Assembly (NCBI GenBank): GCA_963696385.1
Contig: CAVOKF010000004.1
Coordinates: forward strand, 288,001-352,000
Origin: an uncultured delta proteobacterium
GTDB taxonomy: Bacteria > Myxococcota_A > Polyangia > Polyangiales > Polyangiaceae
Direction of reading: 5' to 3'
Length of the DNA stretch: 64,000 nucleotides
The position numbers were made by a program, and so were the translations under genes. Below the pieces are notes generated by a model. It was not told where the DNA came from, made no database searches, and saw only the letters and a program-made list of their open reading frames with translations. Within the stretch, counting starts at the first letter, position 1. Every line of letters starts with the position of its first letter. Of this stretch, positions 49,950-63,529 are shown piece by piece.

Positions 49950-52157
49950 ATGCGCAAGGGGAAGGCCGCGCTCGCCGCACTGCTGTTCCTTGTCGTCGCC
50001 TCGGGGTTCGCGCGGGCCGCGCCGGCGAACGTCGTGCCGCCGCGACGGCTCGACGCGGCCGAAGTGCCCTACCCTGGGGACGGTCGAGGCGATGCAGCCG
50101 TCGTTCTGATTGCGGTCGTCGACGAGACCGGGCAGGTGACCGACCTTACGGTGCGCGAGGGGTCGCCGCCCTTTGCCGCCGCCGCGATGGCCGGCGTGCG
50201 CCGGTGGCGCTTGGCGCCCGCGACGAGGGATGGCACGCCGATTTCGGCCCGCATCGTCGTTACCGTCGCCTTCCATGCACCCCCGCCTCCGGCGCCGCCG
50301 TCTCCCAAGGGCGGGGCGACCCCCGCGGCCGGACCTGCGGCTGCGGTCGCGCCGCCGGTCGACGTCTCCGTCAAGGGCGAACGCGAAGAACCAAGCACGA
50401 TTCACATCCCGCGCAGCGAGACGCAGTTCGTCGCCGGCGCCTTCGGCGATCCGTTCAAGATCGTCGAGGCATTGCCCGGCATGGCGCCGTGGCTGAGCGG
50501 CCTTCCCTATTACTACGTGCGCGGGTCGCCTCCCGAGAGCGTCGGTTACTTCGTCGACGGCATCCGGATCCCGTTACTCTTTCACGTCGGCCCGGGGCCT
50601 TCCACGATCGCCCCGGCGTTGGTCGATTCGGTGGACCTCTTCCCCGGCGCCTACCCCGCCCGGTACGGCCGCTACGCCGGCGCGGTCATCGCCGGAGAAA
50701 CGACCGGGCCCGTCACAGACCATCCGCGCGCCGAATTCGGGGTGCGCGTCTACGACGCGAACGCGTTCGCCGAGCTGCCGTACGACAGCGGCCAGGGCAG
50801 CGTTGCCGCCGCAGCCCGCTATTCCTACACGGGGCCCCTCACGTCGATTGTCGTGCCCAAATACACGCTCGGGTACTGGGATTATCAACTGCGACTGTCG
50901 CATCGCGTGGGCGACAAGGACACCCTCACGTTGTTCGCCTTCGGCGCGCACGACGAGCTTCACTACAACGGCGAGCCGACCTTCCGCGTCGAAGCCCATC
51001 GCGCCGACCTACGCTACGACCACCCCCTCGCCGGGGGCAGCGTTCGGGTCGCCTGGACATTCAACTACGACGACACGCTCACGGCGCTCCAGACGGACAC
51101 GGGTGCCGGCACGAGCGCCGCGCAGAAAGGACCGGGGTGGCGGCTGCGCGCCGAGCTCGACGAGCGGATCGCCCAAGGCGCTCGGATCCGGGCCGGCGCC
51201 GACATCGGGGCGACGAAGTATGCCGTCGACGATTACCCCGCGATCGACGGCTACCGTGGACTGCAGGGGCCGCACACCGACGTCGAAGGCGGCGCGTACG
51301 CAGACCTCGTCTGGCGTCCCATCCGACCCGTCGAGCTTGTCCCGGGAGTACGGCTCGACGGCTACCGGACGCGCGAAGAGACGACGTGGGCGCCGCAGCC
51401 TCGCCTGGCCGCAAAGGTCCAAGTCCTTCCGGCCGCCTCCTGGGTCTCGTCGTTCGGGACGGCGCACCAGGAGCCCACCGAACAGGTCTTCGTGCCCTCC
51501 AAAATACCCAACCCCGCCGAGGAGGGGTCGCAGAACAACTACCAATTCTCGGAGGGAGCCGAGGTCCGGCTGCCGTCGAGCCTGCGATTTCGAGTCAGCG
51601 GCTTCTATTCGAGCTTGCTGGCAACCCACATCCTCGGGACGTCCCAGAGCGAGACCGGACAGAGCGGAGGCCTCGAGGTCTTTGTCCGGAGGGACTTCAC
51701 CGAGCGTCTCGGCGGCTTCGTCTCCTACACCCTGTCGCGTACCGTGGCGACGGCCAACGGCGTCACCGAGCGGGTGCCTTGGGACCGGACCCACGTCGCT
51801 TCGGTCGTTCTCGGCTACGACCTCGGGCGGCACTGGCGGATTGGAGGGCGGCTCTTCTTCGAGTCCGGTCGGCCGTCCCAGCAGGTCTGCGTCGAAAACT
51901 GCACATCCGGGGTCGGAGCGAGGCCCGTGTTCTACACGCCTCCCGGCAATCTCCCCGTGTTCTGGCGACTCGACGCGCGTCTCGAAAAGAAATGGACGCT
52001 GTCGGGCGGTCACTGGCTGACCGCATCTCTCGAATGCTTCAACGTGTTCGACCGGCGCGAGCCGACCGGGGATCAATACGTGCCGGGGTATGGCGTCTCG
52101 GTCGTCTACCAGAGCGCGATCATCCTGCCGAGCGTCGGGCTGGAAGGCGGGCTGTGA
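49950..52157 (+). CDS. TonB C-terminal domain fused to a TonB-dependent receptor (myxobacterial type)
   Basis: YP...VVDETGQV...WRLAPATRDG; GAFGDPF, VRGS, GAYPARYG plug; LDARLEK, FNV. Confidence 0.88.
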   Translation: MRKGKAALAALLFLVVASGFARAAPANVVPPRRLDAAEVPYPGDGRGDAAVVLIAVVDETGQVTDLTVREGSPPFAAAAMAGVRRWRLAPATRDGTPISARIVVTVAFHAPPPPAPPSPKGGATPAAGPAAAVAPPVDVSVKGEREEPSTIHIPRSETQFVAGAFGDPFKIVEALPGMAPWLSGLPYYYVRGSPPESVGYFVDGIRIPLLFHVGPGPSTIAPALVDSVDLFPGAYPARYGRYAGAVIAGETTGPVTDHPRAEFGVRVYDANAFAELPYDSGQGSVAAAARYSYTGPLTSIVVPKYTLGYWDYQLRLSHRVGDKDTLTLFAFGAHDELHYNGEPTFRVEAHRADLRYDHPLAGGSVRVAWTFNYDDTLTALQTDTGAGTSAAQKGPGWRLRAELDERIAQGARIRAGADIGATKYAVDDYPAIDGYRGLQGPHTDVEGGAYADLVWRPIRPVELVPGVRLDGYRTREETTWAPQPRLAAKVQVLPAASWVSSFGTAHQEPTEQVFVPSKIPNPAEEGSQNNYQFSEGAEVRLPSSLRFRVSGFYSSLLATHILGTSQSETGQSGGLEVFVRRDFTERLGGFVSYTLSRTVATANGVTERVPWDRTHVASVVLGYDLGRHWRIGGRLFFESGRPSQQVCVENCTSGVGARPVFYTPPGNLPVFWRLDARLEKKWTLSGGHWLTASLECFNVFDRREPTGDQYVPGYGVSVVYQSAIILPSVGLEGGL

Positions 52158-52262
52158 CTCTCGGCCGCGTTTGCGCGTGAGAGCCCCGGCCGCATTTCCC
52201 CTGGCATTCGCTCCGCCGCGGGGCCCTGAACCAGGACGTCGCGCGCGGGGGGGGGGCGGCCG

Positions 52263-54125
52263 CTACTCGGCGGCGGCCGATAGGTCGGCGACGGGGCTCT
52301 CGCCGATTTTCGCCCTCGACGCCTTTCGGGCCTCCACGAGCAGTTTCGCGTCGAACTTCGCGCGTTGGAGGACCTCCGGCGCGGCCTCCACGGCGCCCTT
52401 CACGACCTTCACCACGAGGTGCGGGCCTTGGTGGGCGAGCTTCGCGGACTTGGTTCCCATCCCCGAAAGACGCTCCTTCCACCGTTCGGTCCGCGTCTTC
52501 GTGATATACGGAGCCACCGCCGCCACGAGGTCCGCGGCGCTGCCCGCATAGGCGTGCGGCGCCCGGTAGAGCGGGGACGCAAAACGGGGGCTCGCCTCGA
52601 GAAACGTCTTCACTTGTTGGCGCGTCAGGCCGTGAGTCTCGAGCGCGCGGTCGTACTCGGCCATCGCGACCTGCTTGGCCTTGAACAGGTACATCTGCAC
52701 GCGCGAGTAGAAGTTCACGCGCCCGTCGCCGCTGGTCTCCACCGGACAAAAGATGCTTCCGGGATACCGTTCCGCAATCGCCGATTGCACCCCGTCCGAC
52801 ACTCCCGCGCTCGGCATGCAGCCGAACGGTTTCACGCTGAGCGTCATGTGCGACTTGGAGTGGATCGTGTTCATGATCAACTTGCCCACCTCCATGTGTC
52901 CCTCGCCGCCGCGCAGATCGTTATTGTAATAGTCATGGCTGATCTTCGCGATGTCATCCATGTTCGGCAGCTTGTAGCCGTAGAGACCCGCCGTGTACGC
53001 GAACGTCTGAAAGAGCGCGCGGATCGCGAAGCCGGCGCCGGTGAGCGCGGCCAGTTTCTTGGCGACGCCGAAGGGGTCGTCCGCGATCCCGCCCAGCCCG
53101 TATTTCGCCGAGTCCCCAGCCCGGAGATCCGCGCGATCGCGCGTGTCGTGCTTGCCCTCCCAGACGGTATAAAGGAGCCACGCTGTGACGAGTTGGACGT
53201 CGGCCTCGGCCCCTTCGCTCTCGAGAAAGCGTTGCAGTTGATAGTTGCCGTCGCCCTCGGTGGTCATCGCCCAGAACTCGCCGATGATGCTGACCTTCGG
53301 CTTGGCAAGGGTTCGGTCGACTTTCACACGGGCGAGGATGGGCTTGCACTGCCCCAACGCCAAGAGGATGTTGGTTCGGCCCTCGAGAGCCTTGTAAATG
53401 ATCTCCTTGCATCGATCGATCGCCCGGTCCGTGTCGCCGGCGGTGACCTCGAAGGGCCGGATGCGATAGCCCAACGCATTGAGCACATCACCCGCGACAA
53501 TGGCTTTGACGATGGCCCAAAAGAAAGCCGGGTTGAGCTCCAGGCCGGACTCCTCGCCGGTCGCCTGCTTCAGTCCGCCGGTCTGCTGAAAGAGCACGAC
53601 TTTGAACCCGTCAAAGCCCGCATCGCGGAGCGCCTTTCGGTACTCGGTCACGTACATGCCGAAACGGCAAGGGCCGCAGGCTCCGGCGGTGAGAAAGACG
53701 TACTTGTCCACGACTTCCTTTGCGGTCATCCCGTGCTTGTCCCGAAGCGTGATGAGGTACTTCACGAGGTTGCCCACCGTGAAGTAGGTCGGGTTGCATT
53801 GCCCTCGGTTGCCGAACTCCTTGCCGACCTGCAGTCCTTCGTTGGTCGGGCACTCGAGCATCTGCACGTTGTAGCCCGCGCCGCGTAGACCGGCTTCCAC
53901 GAAGGTATCGTGCGCCAGGGTCAGACCGCCGACCAGCATGGTGATCTTGGCCTTCTCCCGTTTGGTGAAGGTGAGGCCCGCCATGTCTTCGATCCAGTGT
54001 TCGGTCTTCGCGTCGAGCCCGAGACGTTTGCGCTCCTCTTCTTCGAAGCGTTTCAACTCCGCGTCCATGTCGACGAGCGGGAGTGACTTCTTGTTCAGGC
54101 CAACGACGCTTGCGTTCATGGACAT
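52263..54125 (-). CDS. Partner of the 2-hydroxyacyl-CoA dehydratase activator (Fe-S)
   Basis: NRGQCNP, GACGPCRFGMY, GEFWA, GGEGHMEVGK, KPFGCMP. Confidence 0.8.
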   Translation of the reverse strand: MSMNASVVGLNKKSLPLVDMDAELKRFEEEERKRLGLDAKTEHWIEDMAGLTFTKREKAKITMLVGGLTLAHDTFVEAGLRGAGYNVQMLECPTNEGLQVGKEFGNRGQCNPTYFTVGNLVKYLITLRDKHGMTAKEVVDKYVFLTAGACGPCRFGMYVTEYRKALRDAGFDGFKVVLFQQTGGLKQATGEESGLELNPAFFWAIVKAIVAGDVLNALGYRIRPFEVTAGDTDRAIDRCKEIIYKALEGRTNILLALGQCKPILARVKVDRTLAKPKVSIIGEFWAMTTEGDGNYQLQRFLESEGAEADVQLVTAWLLYTVWEGKHDTRDRADLRAGDSAKYGLGGIADDPFGVAKKLAALTGAGFAIRALFQTFAYTAGLYGYKLPNMDDIAKISHDYYNNDLRGGEGHMEVGKLIMNTIHSKSHMTLSVKPFGCMPSAGVSDGVQSAIAERYPGSIFCPVETSGDGRVNFYSRVQMYLFKAKQVAMAEYDRALETHGLTRQQVKTFLEASPRFASPLYRAPHAYAGSAADLVAAVAPYITKTRTERWKERLSGMGTKSAKLAHQGPHLVVKVVKGAVEAAPEVLQRAKFDAKLLVEARKASRAKIGESPVADLSAAAE

Positions 54126-54141
54126 GGTTCGTTCTCCCAGT

Positions 54142-57765
<3,624 letters not shown>

Positions 57766-57780
57766 TCGGTGGCCTCCGCA

Positions 57781-57966
57781 GGACTGGACTGGCGTGTCAG
57801 TCAGTCCGTCGTAACGCGAACGGACTCCCGGGGGAAGGCTCTTTTTGCGGCCCCCGACTTCGCGGAAACGGGCTGATTCGTGCAAGTGCGCGCTTCGCTG
57901 AGGCTTCTTTGGGGCGCGAAACAATCCCGTGACACCCGGACCGACCTCAACTGACCGGCGTGTCAG
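57781..57966. promoter_or_regulatory. Two putative TetR operators between the divergent activase and TetR genes
   Basis: GACTGGCGTGTCAG (57787-57800) and GACCGGCGTGTCAG (57953-57966) match at 13/14 positions; both lie in inverted repeats (GACTG-N6-CAGTC; CTGAC-N6-GTCAG). Confidence 0.65.
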
Positions 57967-58157
57967 CTGGAGCGGCCAACGTCTTGGCGGGCCCAGGATT
58001 TCTAGGCGTTTGGCCGCTCGCAAGGCGGGCCACGACGAGGAATGCCGCAGCAGGCGAGGGGGGAGCAACGCCGCGAGAGGCGGCAAAGTCCGCACCAAGC
58101 CGACCGGGGCCCACGTGTTCGCTAGGTCGGCATGGTAGTGTTCGCCGCTTAGAATCG

Positions 58158-58841
58158 ATGCGTAAGGCCGAGAGACGGCAGAAAATTTTGAACCACGCTC
58201 GCGATGTGTTCGCGCGTCGTGGCTATCACGAGGCCAAGATCGAAGACATCGTGGCTGCCGCCGCCATCGCACGCGGTACGTTCTATTTGTACTTCAAGGA
58301 CAAGCGCACGATTTTCGAGGAGATCGTGGATCGCGCCTTCACGCAAATCGGCATGGCGATCGTCCGCGTCGATCCGAGGGATCCGGGGCGGAGCGTGGCC
58401 GATCAGGTGCACGAGAACATCCGCCGCATCGTGAGGACGCTTCTCGAAGATCGGTCGACGACGAAAATTCTGCTTACCGCTGCGGTGGGCCTGGACCCGA
58501 CGTTCGACCGCAAGTTGGCGTCGTTTTACGGGGTGGTCGAGAACCTCTTGGAGGAAAGCTTGCGCGAGGGACAAGATCTCGGAGTGGTCGCGCCCGGGGA
58601 CGCGCGAATGTTCGCTTATCTGATTTTGGGAGCGATGAAGGAAATCCTCTACCAGGTCGTCCATCGAGAAACGGCGTATTCGGAAAAGGAGATCGTCGGC
58701 GGCATCTACGATTTTCTGGGACACGGCTGCTTGCGTGTCCACGGGACTCCCAATCCGGATTCGGCGCGCGAGGCCGGTGCGCCCCGCGCCCACGTGGCTC
58801 GGGGGCGAAGGTGGGTCAACGACAAGCCCCGATCACCCTGA
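58158..58841 (+). CDS. TetR/AcrR family regulator
   Basis: RRQKIL..ARDVFARRGYHEAKIEDI....IARGTFYLYFKDK. Confidence 0.93.
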   Translation: MRKAERRQKILNHARDVFARRGYHEAKIEDIVAAAAIARGTFYLYFKDKRTIFEEIVDRAFTQIGMAIVRVDPRDPGRSVADQVHENIRRIVRTLLEDRSTTKILLTAAVGLDPTFDRKLASFYGVVENLLEESLREGQDLGVVAPGDARMFAYLILGAMKEILYQVVHRETAYSEKEIVGGIYDFLGHGCLRVHGTPNPDSAREAGAPRAHVARGRRWVNDKPRSP

Positions 58842-58882
58842 CGGGCGCAGGAGGGCTCGTCTTCCATGGGCGCACTCTTCTC

Positions 58883-59158
58883 TCAGGGGGCAGAGTCGTC
58901 GTGCACTTCCGGAGCGACTCGCGGAATGCACGTCCCATCGTATCGGGTCGCGATGCAGGTGTATTCGATCCATTTGCCGCATCCGCGCGCGACGTAGACG
59001 CCGCCCCGGGCCCGGTAGGCCAAGACGTGTTCGACCGGGCATGGGAGATCCGAAGCGCCGGCATTTCTGGCCCATCCTGCGAGATCCAGCGCGCAGGCTG
59101 GGACAAACGGCGTCACGGCTGAAATGACCGCATAGGAAAACCAGCGCCGCGAACTCAT
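58883..59158 (-). CDS. Small Cys-containing putative lipoprotein
   Basis: Signal ending VPAC; ASDLPCP...YVARGCG...YTC pattern. Confidence 0.55.
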   Translation of the reverse strand: MSSRRWFSYAVISAVTPFVPACALDLAGWARNAGASDLPCPVEHVLAYRARGGVYVARGCGKWIEYTCIATRYDGTCIPRVAPEVHDDSAP

Positions 59159-59273
59159 CGAGTGCGAGATGAGCATCGTTCGTGCCACCCGTCGGGGGTC
59201 CGGCGGGGCCCGCGGCGTCCGGGCGAACGCTTCGCGTTCCGCCGTCTGGGGGCTTCTGTCATATTCGTGAAAC

Positions 59274-59652
59274 GTGTCGCTCCCGTTCACCCGAAACAAA
59301 CGCCAGTACCCGCGGGTTCGGCCCGACCCCAAGGCGCCGGTCGAGGTTCACATCATGGGGGTTGGGTCTCTCGACGTCGTTCGCGCCCGGGACATCGGCG
59401 TCGGCGGAGTGGGTGTTCGCTTCTCGCACAATTTCGCCGGATCCGACACGAACGCAGCGGTCGAGCTGGTGCTCATTCTGCCCCGCGAAGAGGCCTTCAT
59501 CGTCCGCGGCGTCATCCGCCATCTTTCGAGCGAAGGCGGCGATCACGATTTCCGGAGTTGCGTTCGAGTCGTTGACGGCCGAACACCGCGCCCGCATCGA
59601 GCGGTACGTGGCCCAGCGGTTGGCCGAGGGAGCCGGGGTCTCGAGCGGGTGA
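59274..59652 (+). pseudogene. PilZ domain protein with a +1 frameshift at ~59553
   Basis: RQYPR, DIGVGG, VRGVIRH in one frame; GVAFESL..EHRARIERYV in the next; TTC-C-GGA breaks the F-GVAF motif. Confidence 0.8.
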
Positions 59653-59836
59653 GGGTCAACCGCGGCCGCTCATTCGGTGACGTGCGCGGACCGTCCGCGC
59701 TGCGACATGCTGTGAGGCGACTGGGGTCGAGGTGGGGTTGGGGTCGGTGTGAATTCGGCCCGACGTTCACTCACAAGAATGCCCTGCATGGATGCGATGA
59801 CTTCAGAAAATTGCAGCCCTGCCGTTTAACATCACG

Positions 59837-62188
59837 ATGCGTGTCTCAAGATTCGGCGTCGCTCTTTTGGGAGCACTTGGTTGGGCCACCGGTTTGGCGG
59901 CGTGTGGGAGCGACGACGGCATGTCGACGTTCCATGCCCCCAGCCCATGGAAGCTCGACGCTGGCGGGGTGGTGGCGCCTTCCGGTGGGTTCGATGCGTC
60001 GTCGGGCAGCAACGGGTCCGCTCTCCTCGTCGGGGGCGGCTCTTCGGATGCCGGCGCATGGATCGACTCCGCGATCATCGATGCGGTGGACGCCGACGGC
60101 CCACTTGCCGTCGCGGTGACGCAAAGCGCGATCGACGTTAAGTACGGGCAAGCCACGCCGACGGTCACCGCCTCGGCCTCGATCCAAGGGCAGCCGGTGG
60201 CGGCCTCATTTTCGATCGATCGTGGCCAGGTCGGATCGATCAATGCCTCGACCGGCGTCCTCGTGCCGACGGGCCTCGTGGGCGGCGTCGTGACGGTGAC
60301 GGCCACATGGGGCGGGCAGCAAGCCACGGTCCAGGTCACGGTGCGTGTCCAATGGGTGCAGGATGGCGGGGCCAGCGCCGAGACCGACGCGGGAGACGCC
60401 GACGCCGATAGCGCCGGTACCGGCGGCAGTGGCGGTGTAGGCGGCGAGGGCATCGGCGGTCCCGTCGACGCGACCGCTGCGGCGGCGTTTCAGGGCTCGC
60501 CCACAACCGATTCCAGTCTCTCGTTTCTGTATCCCTACGATCAGACCATCTGGCCGCAAGGCCTCCTTGCACCCCTGTTGCAGTGGAGCACGACCGAGAG
60601 TTACGACGCCGTCTCCATCCATCTGCAAGAGAACGCGTTCGACTATCAGGGTACCTTCGCAAAGACGGCGACCCCGTTCATCCATCACCCGATCCCCCAA
60701 CCCGCGTGGGACGCTCTCTCCGCGTCGAATCAGGGGGAGGCCGTCACGGTAACCCTGGTCTTCGCGGCGGGTGGCGTAGCGTACGGCCCGATCACCGAAA
60801 CCTGGCAGATCGCGCAAGGGTCACTGACCGGTACCGTCTACTACAACTCTTACGGGACCAATCTCGCACACAACTACTGCTGCACGCTGGGCGGTGCGAA
60901 GTTCGGCGGCGCCACACTCGCCATCAAGCGCGGCGCGACCGACCCGGTGCTCATCGCGGGCAACGACAGCGAATGCCGAGTGTGTCACACCGTGAGCGCG
61001 AATGGTTCCCGGTTGGTCACGAGTCGCGGCGAGTCGACTTCCGACCTCGGCTCTTCGAGTTATGCACTGACGGGCGGCCTGGCCGAGACCGCGTTGTCGC
61101 CGGACGACGGCCGCTACAACTGGGGCGCAATCGACCCGACCGGCTCCTTTCTTCTCGCGAACAACGCTCCGGTTCAGGGCGGCGGTTACAGCGGGACGAC
61201 CCAAATTTTCGGCCTCGGCGACGGCGGCATCGTGCCCTCCACCGGGATCCCGGACGGGCTCGAAGTGGGTTCTCCGGTGTTTTCTCCCGACGGCATGCAC
61301 GTCGCGTTCAACCTTTACGCCGGTGGTTCGCCGGACGGGGGCACCGCCGATGGCAAGTCGCTCGCGATGATGGATTACGACCCGACCACGAGCGCATTTT
61401 CGAATTTCCAGACGATCTACACGCCTCCCTCGGGTTACACGGTCTGGCCGTCGTTTCTGCCGACGAGCAACGCCATCGTCTTCGAACTGGAGACGGTCTC
61501 GAACGGGCTCTGGGGTGAGACGCGCAAGTGTCCCGGCGGGCCGTCGTGCTCCAACCCCGGCACCCAAGCCCAGCTCTGGTGGGTCGATGTGGCGACTAAG
61601 CTTGCCGTTCCGTTGTCGAACCTCAACGGCGTCGGTTACTTGCCCGTGGAATCGGAGGCGGGTCATGCCGACGACACCGTCTTCAATTACGAACCCACGG
61701 TCAACCCCGTGCCGAGCGGGGGCTACGCTTGGGTGGTCTTCACGAGCCGGCGCCTCTACGGCAACATCGCGACGATAGACCCCTATTGGAGCGACCCGCG
61801 CTACTTCGATCTGACCGTGAGCCCTACGCCCAAAAAGCTCTGGGTGGCGGCCATCGACCTGAACGCTCCCGCGGGGACCGACCCCAGTCACCCGGCCTTC
61901 TATCTGCCGGCGCAAGAGCTGCTCGCGGGCAATTCGCGCGGCTACTGGGTGGTCGACGCGTGCGCCCAGAACGGTTCCAGTTGTCTGACGGGCGACCAAT
62001 GCTGCGGCGGTTACTGCAGCGACGGCGACGGCGGTCTCGTCTGCAGCAACCAGCCTCCCGCCTGCTCCACGGAATACGACAAATGCACCCAAACGAGCGA
62101 CTGCTGCGGTGCGGCAGAGGGAATGCAGTGCATCGGCGGCCGGTGCGCGCTCGCCAGCCCCCCGCCCCCGCCCACGGTCATTCGTTAG
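59837..62188 (+). CDS. Lipoprotein with Ig-like domain, TolB/PD40-like propeller and Cys-rich tail
   Basis: Lipobox LAAC; LYPYD.T.WP, GTVYYNSY, CRVCH, PVFSPDG, WVVFTSRR. Confidence 0.75.
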   Translation: MRVSRFGVALLGALGWATGLAACGSDDGMSTFHAPSPWKLDAGGVVAPSGGFDASSGSNGSALLVGGGSSDAGAWIDSAIIDAVDADGPLAVAVTQSAIDVKYGQATPTVTASASIQGQPVAASFSIDRGQVGSINASTGVLVPTGLVGGVVTVTATWGGQQATVQVTVRVQWVQDGGASAETDAGDADADSAGTGGSGGVGGEGIGGPVDATAAAAFQGSPTTDSSLSFLYPYDQTIWPQGLLAPLLQWSTTESYDAVSIHLQENAFDYQGTFAKTATPFIHHPIPQPAWDALSASNQGEAVTVTLVFAAGGVAYGPITETWQIAQGSLTGTVYYNSYGTNLAHNYCCTLGGAKFGGATLAIKRGATDPVLIAGNDSECRVCHTVSANGSRLVTSRGESTSDLGSSSYALTGGLAETALSPDDGRYNWGAIDPTGSFLLANNAPVQGGGYSGTTQIFGLGDGGIVPSTGIPDGLEVGSPVFSPDGMHVAFNLYAGGSPDGGTADGKSLAMMDYDPTTSAFSNFQTIYTPPSGYTVWPSFLPTSNAIVFELETVSNGLWGETRKCPGGPSCSNPGTQAQLWWVDVATKLAVPLSNLNGVGYLPVESEAGHADDTVFNYEPTVNPVPSGGYAWVVFTSRRLYGNIATIDPYWSDPRYFDLTVSPTPKKLWVAAIDLNAPAGTDPSHPAFYLPAQELLAGNSRGYWVVDACAQNGSSCLTGDQCCGGYCSDGDGGLVCSNQPPACSTEYDKCTQTSDCCGAAEGMQCIGGRCALASPPPPPTVIR

Positions 62189-62225
62189 GCCGAGGGCAGG
62201 CGCCTACGAGGCCGAGCCTCGAAAT

Positions 62226-62338
62226 GCCTCATGCGTCTGCGCCGCCACGACGGCCCCGACGGCCGATGCGCGCGCGGCTGCCCGTGAGTCCTGGGAGCGG
62301 ATCGTCGCGCTCTTCGGTGAAGCGTTGCCGAAGAGCTA
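62226..62338 (+). pseudogene. Possible remnant of a dienelactone-hydrolase-like C-terminus
   Basis: ADARAAARESWERIVALFGEALPKS* resembles DLH terminal helices; no upstream coding part. Confidence 0.35.
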
Positions 62339-62397
62339 GCGCCCAGCAGTCTCGTGGCAGACTGGGCTTGCGCGGCTCAGCAGCCAGCGCCGCCGCT

Positions 62398-62775
62398 TCA
62401 GGCTCGGTAGTCTGCGATCACGTCAAAGTGCAGCACCCGCGAGCACGCGCTCGGCCCCACGGAACCCCTGCACCCCTCTTCGCCGTGGAACGACGTGCCG
62501 CGCGAGCGCAAGGCGCGCATCACGTCGGTCGTCAGATCGTGCTCCCCGTCGATGCAGCGGGGATCGCCGCATGGCACGAGGAAGAGGGCGGGAGCGCAGT
62601 CGATCATGACCCGCCGCGTGTAGGCATTGGCCCCGACGCCCGTACATTCCTCGATGTCGAGCCGCAGGCTGACCAAGTTCGGCACTTGCTCGCGAAGCCG
62701 CGGCGCTTCATCTTCGCGCCGACGTCTCTCCGCGAATCGCTGGGCTTGCGGACTATTTCGTCCCCGAAAGTTCAT
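62398..62775 (-). CDS. Small hypothetical protein with Cys/His cluster
   Basis: MNFRGRNS..RFAERRRREDEAPRL; C-GDPR-C-IDGE-H...C-RG...C. Confidence 0.7.
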   Translation of the reverse strand: MNFRGRNSPQAQRFAERRRREDEAPRLREQVPNLVSLRLDIEECTGVGANAYTRRVMIDCAPALFLVPCGDPRCIDGEHDLTTDVMRALRSRGTSFHGEEGCRGSVGPSACSRVLHFDVIADYRA

Positions 62776-63038
62776 CACTGCGATCAAGATAACCACTCCG
62801 CGGGCGGTTCGCCGGCTCGCCTCGTCGAATGACCGCTCGCTTGGGGTGCGCCCAAGCCCACGACGAGGTCGAGCCCCGTGAAGCGGCGCTGTCACCGAGA
62901 GGTGAAACACGAAGCTGGACCGAGAGCCCGCTCGGTCGTTGTCCGCGTAGCCGAAGAGGCGAGCCAATCGCCGTTCGCGGAATCGAACGCTGGACCTGTC
63001 GCCGGGCGCCTTTTCCAACTAGCGTCGCTGACGCTGCC

Positions 63039-63476
63039 GTGCCGAAATTGAACGGGTGCGCGTTTTGCGCCATCGTGGAGGGCCGCACACGCGCACAAAT
63101 CGTACTGCAAGACGACCTCCACCTTGGGTTTTTGGATACCAGGCCCGTTTTTCCCGGGCACGTGCTCATCGTTCCGCGCTCGCACCACCCGACGCTCGCC
63201 GACGTGCCAAAAAGCGAGATCGGCCCCCTCTTCGAAAAGGTGCAGCGGCTTTGCCAAGCGATCGAGCGCGGCCTGGACGCCGAGGGAACGTTCGTCGCCG
63301 TAAACAACCGGATCAGCCAGAGTGTTCCCCACGTGCATGTTCACGTGGTGCCGCGGCGAAAGGGGGACGGCCTTCGTGGCTTCTTCTGGCCTCGGCACCC
63401 TTACGCCACCGAGGACGATGCCGAAGCGATCGCAGCCAAGGTGCGCGCCGCCCTTGCTTCGCTGCCTGCCGGTTGA
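63039..63476 (+). CDS. HIT family nucleotide hydrolase
   Basis: CAFCAI, FLDTRP..PGHVLIVP, QSVPHVHVHVVPR. Confidence 0.93.
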   Translation: MPKLNGCAFCAIVEGRTRAQIVLQDDLHLGFLDTRPVFPGHVLIVPRSHHPTLADVPKSEIGPLFEKVQRLCQAIERGLDAEGTFVAVNNRISQSVPHVHVHVVPRRKGDGLRGFFWPRHPYATEDDAEAIAAKVRAALASLPAG

Positions 63477-63529
63477 AAGGCCTCCCGAGGTCGGCATGCC
63501 GGCCGCTTGGCCGCAGCCCTGTCGGTGGC

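Noticed and set aside
52247..52256. G10 tract as a phase-variation switch
   Set aside because: Lies between convergent stop codons, outside coding or promoter sequence
62965..63035. tRNA-like AGTTGG...GTTCGATTCC on the minus strand
   Set aside because: The T-stem does not pair and there is no anticodon arm or acceptor stem
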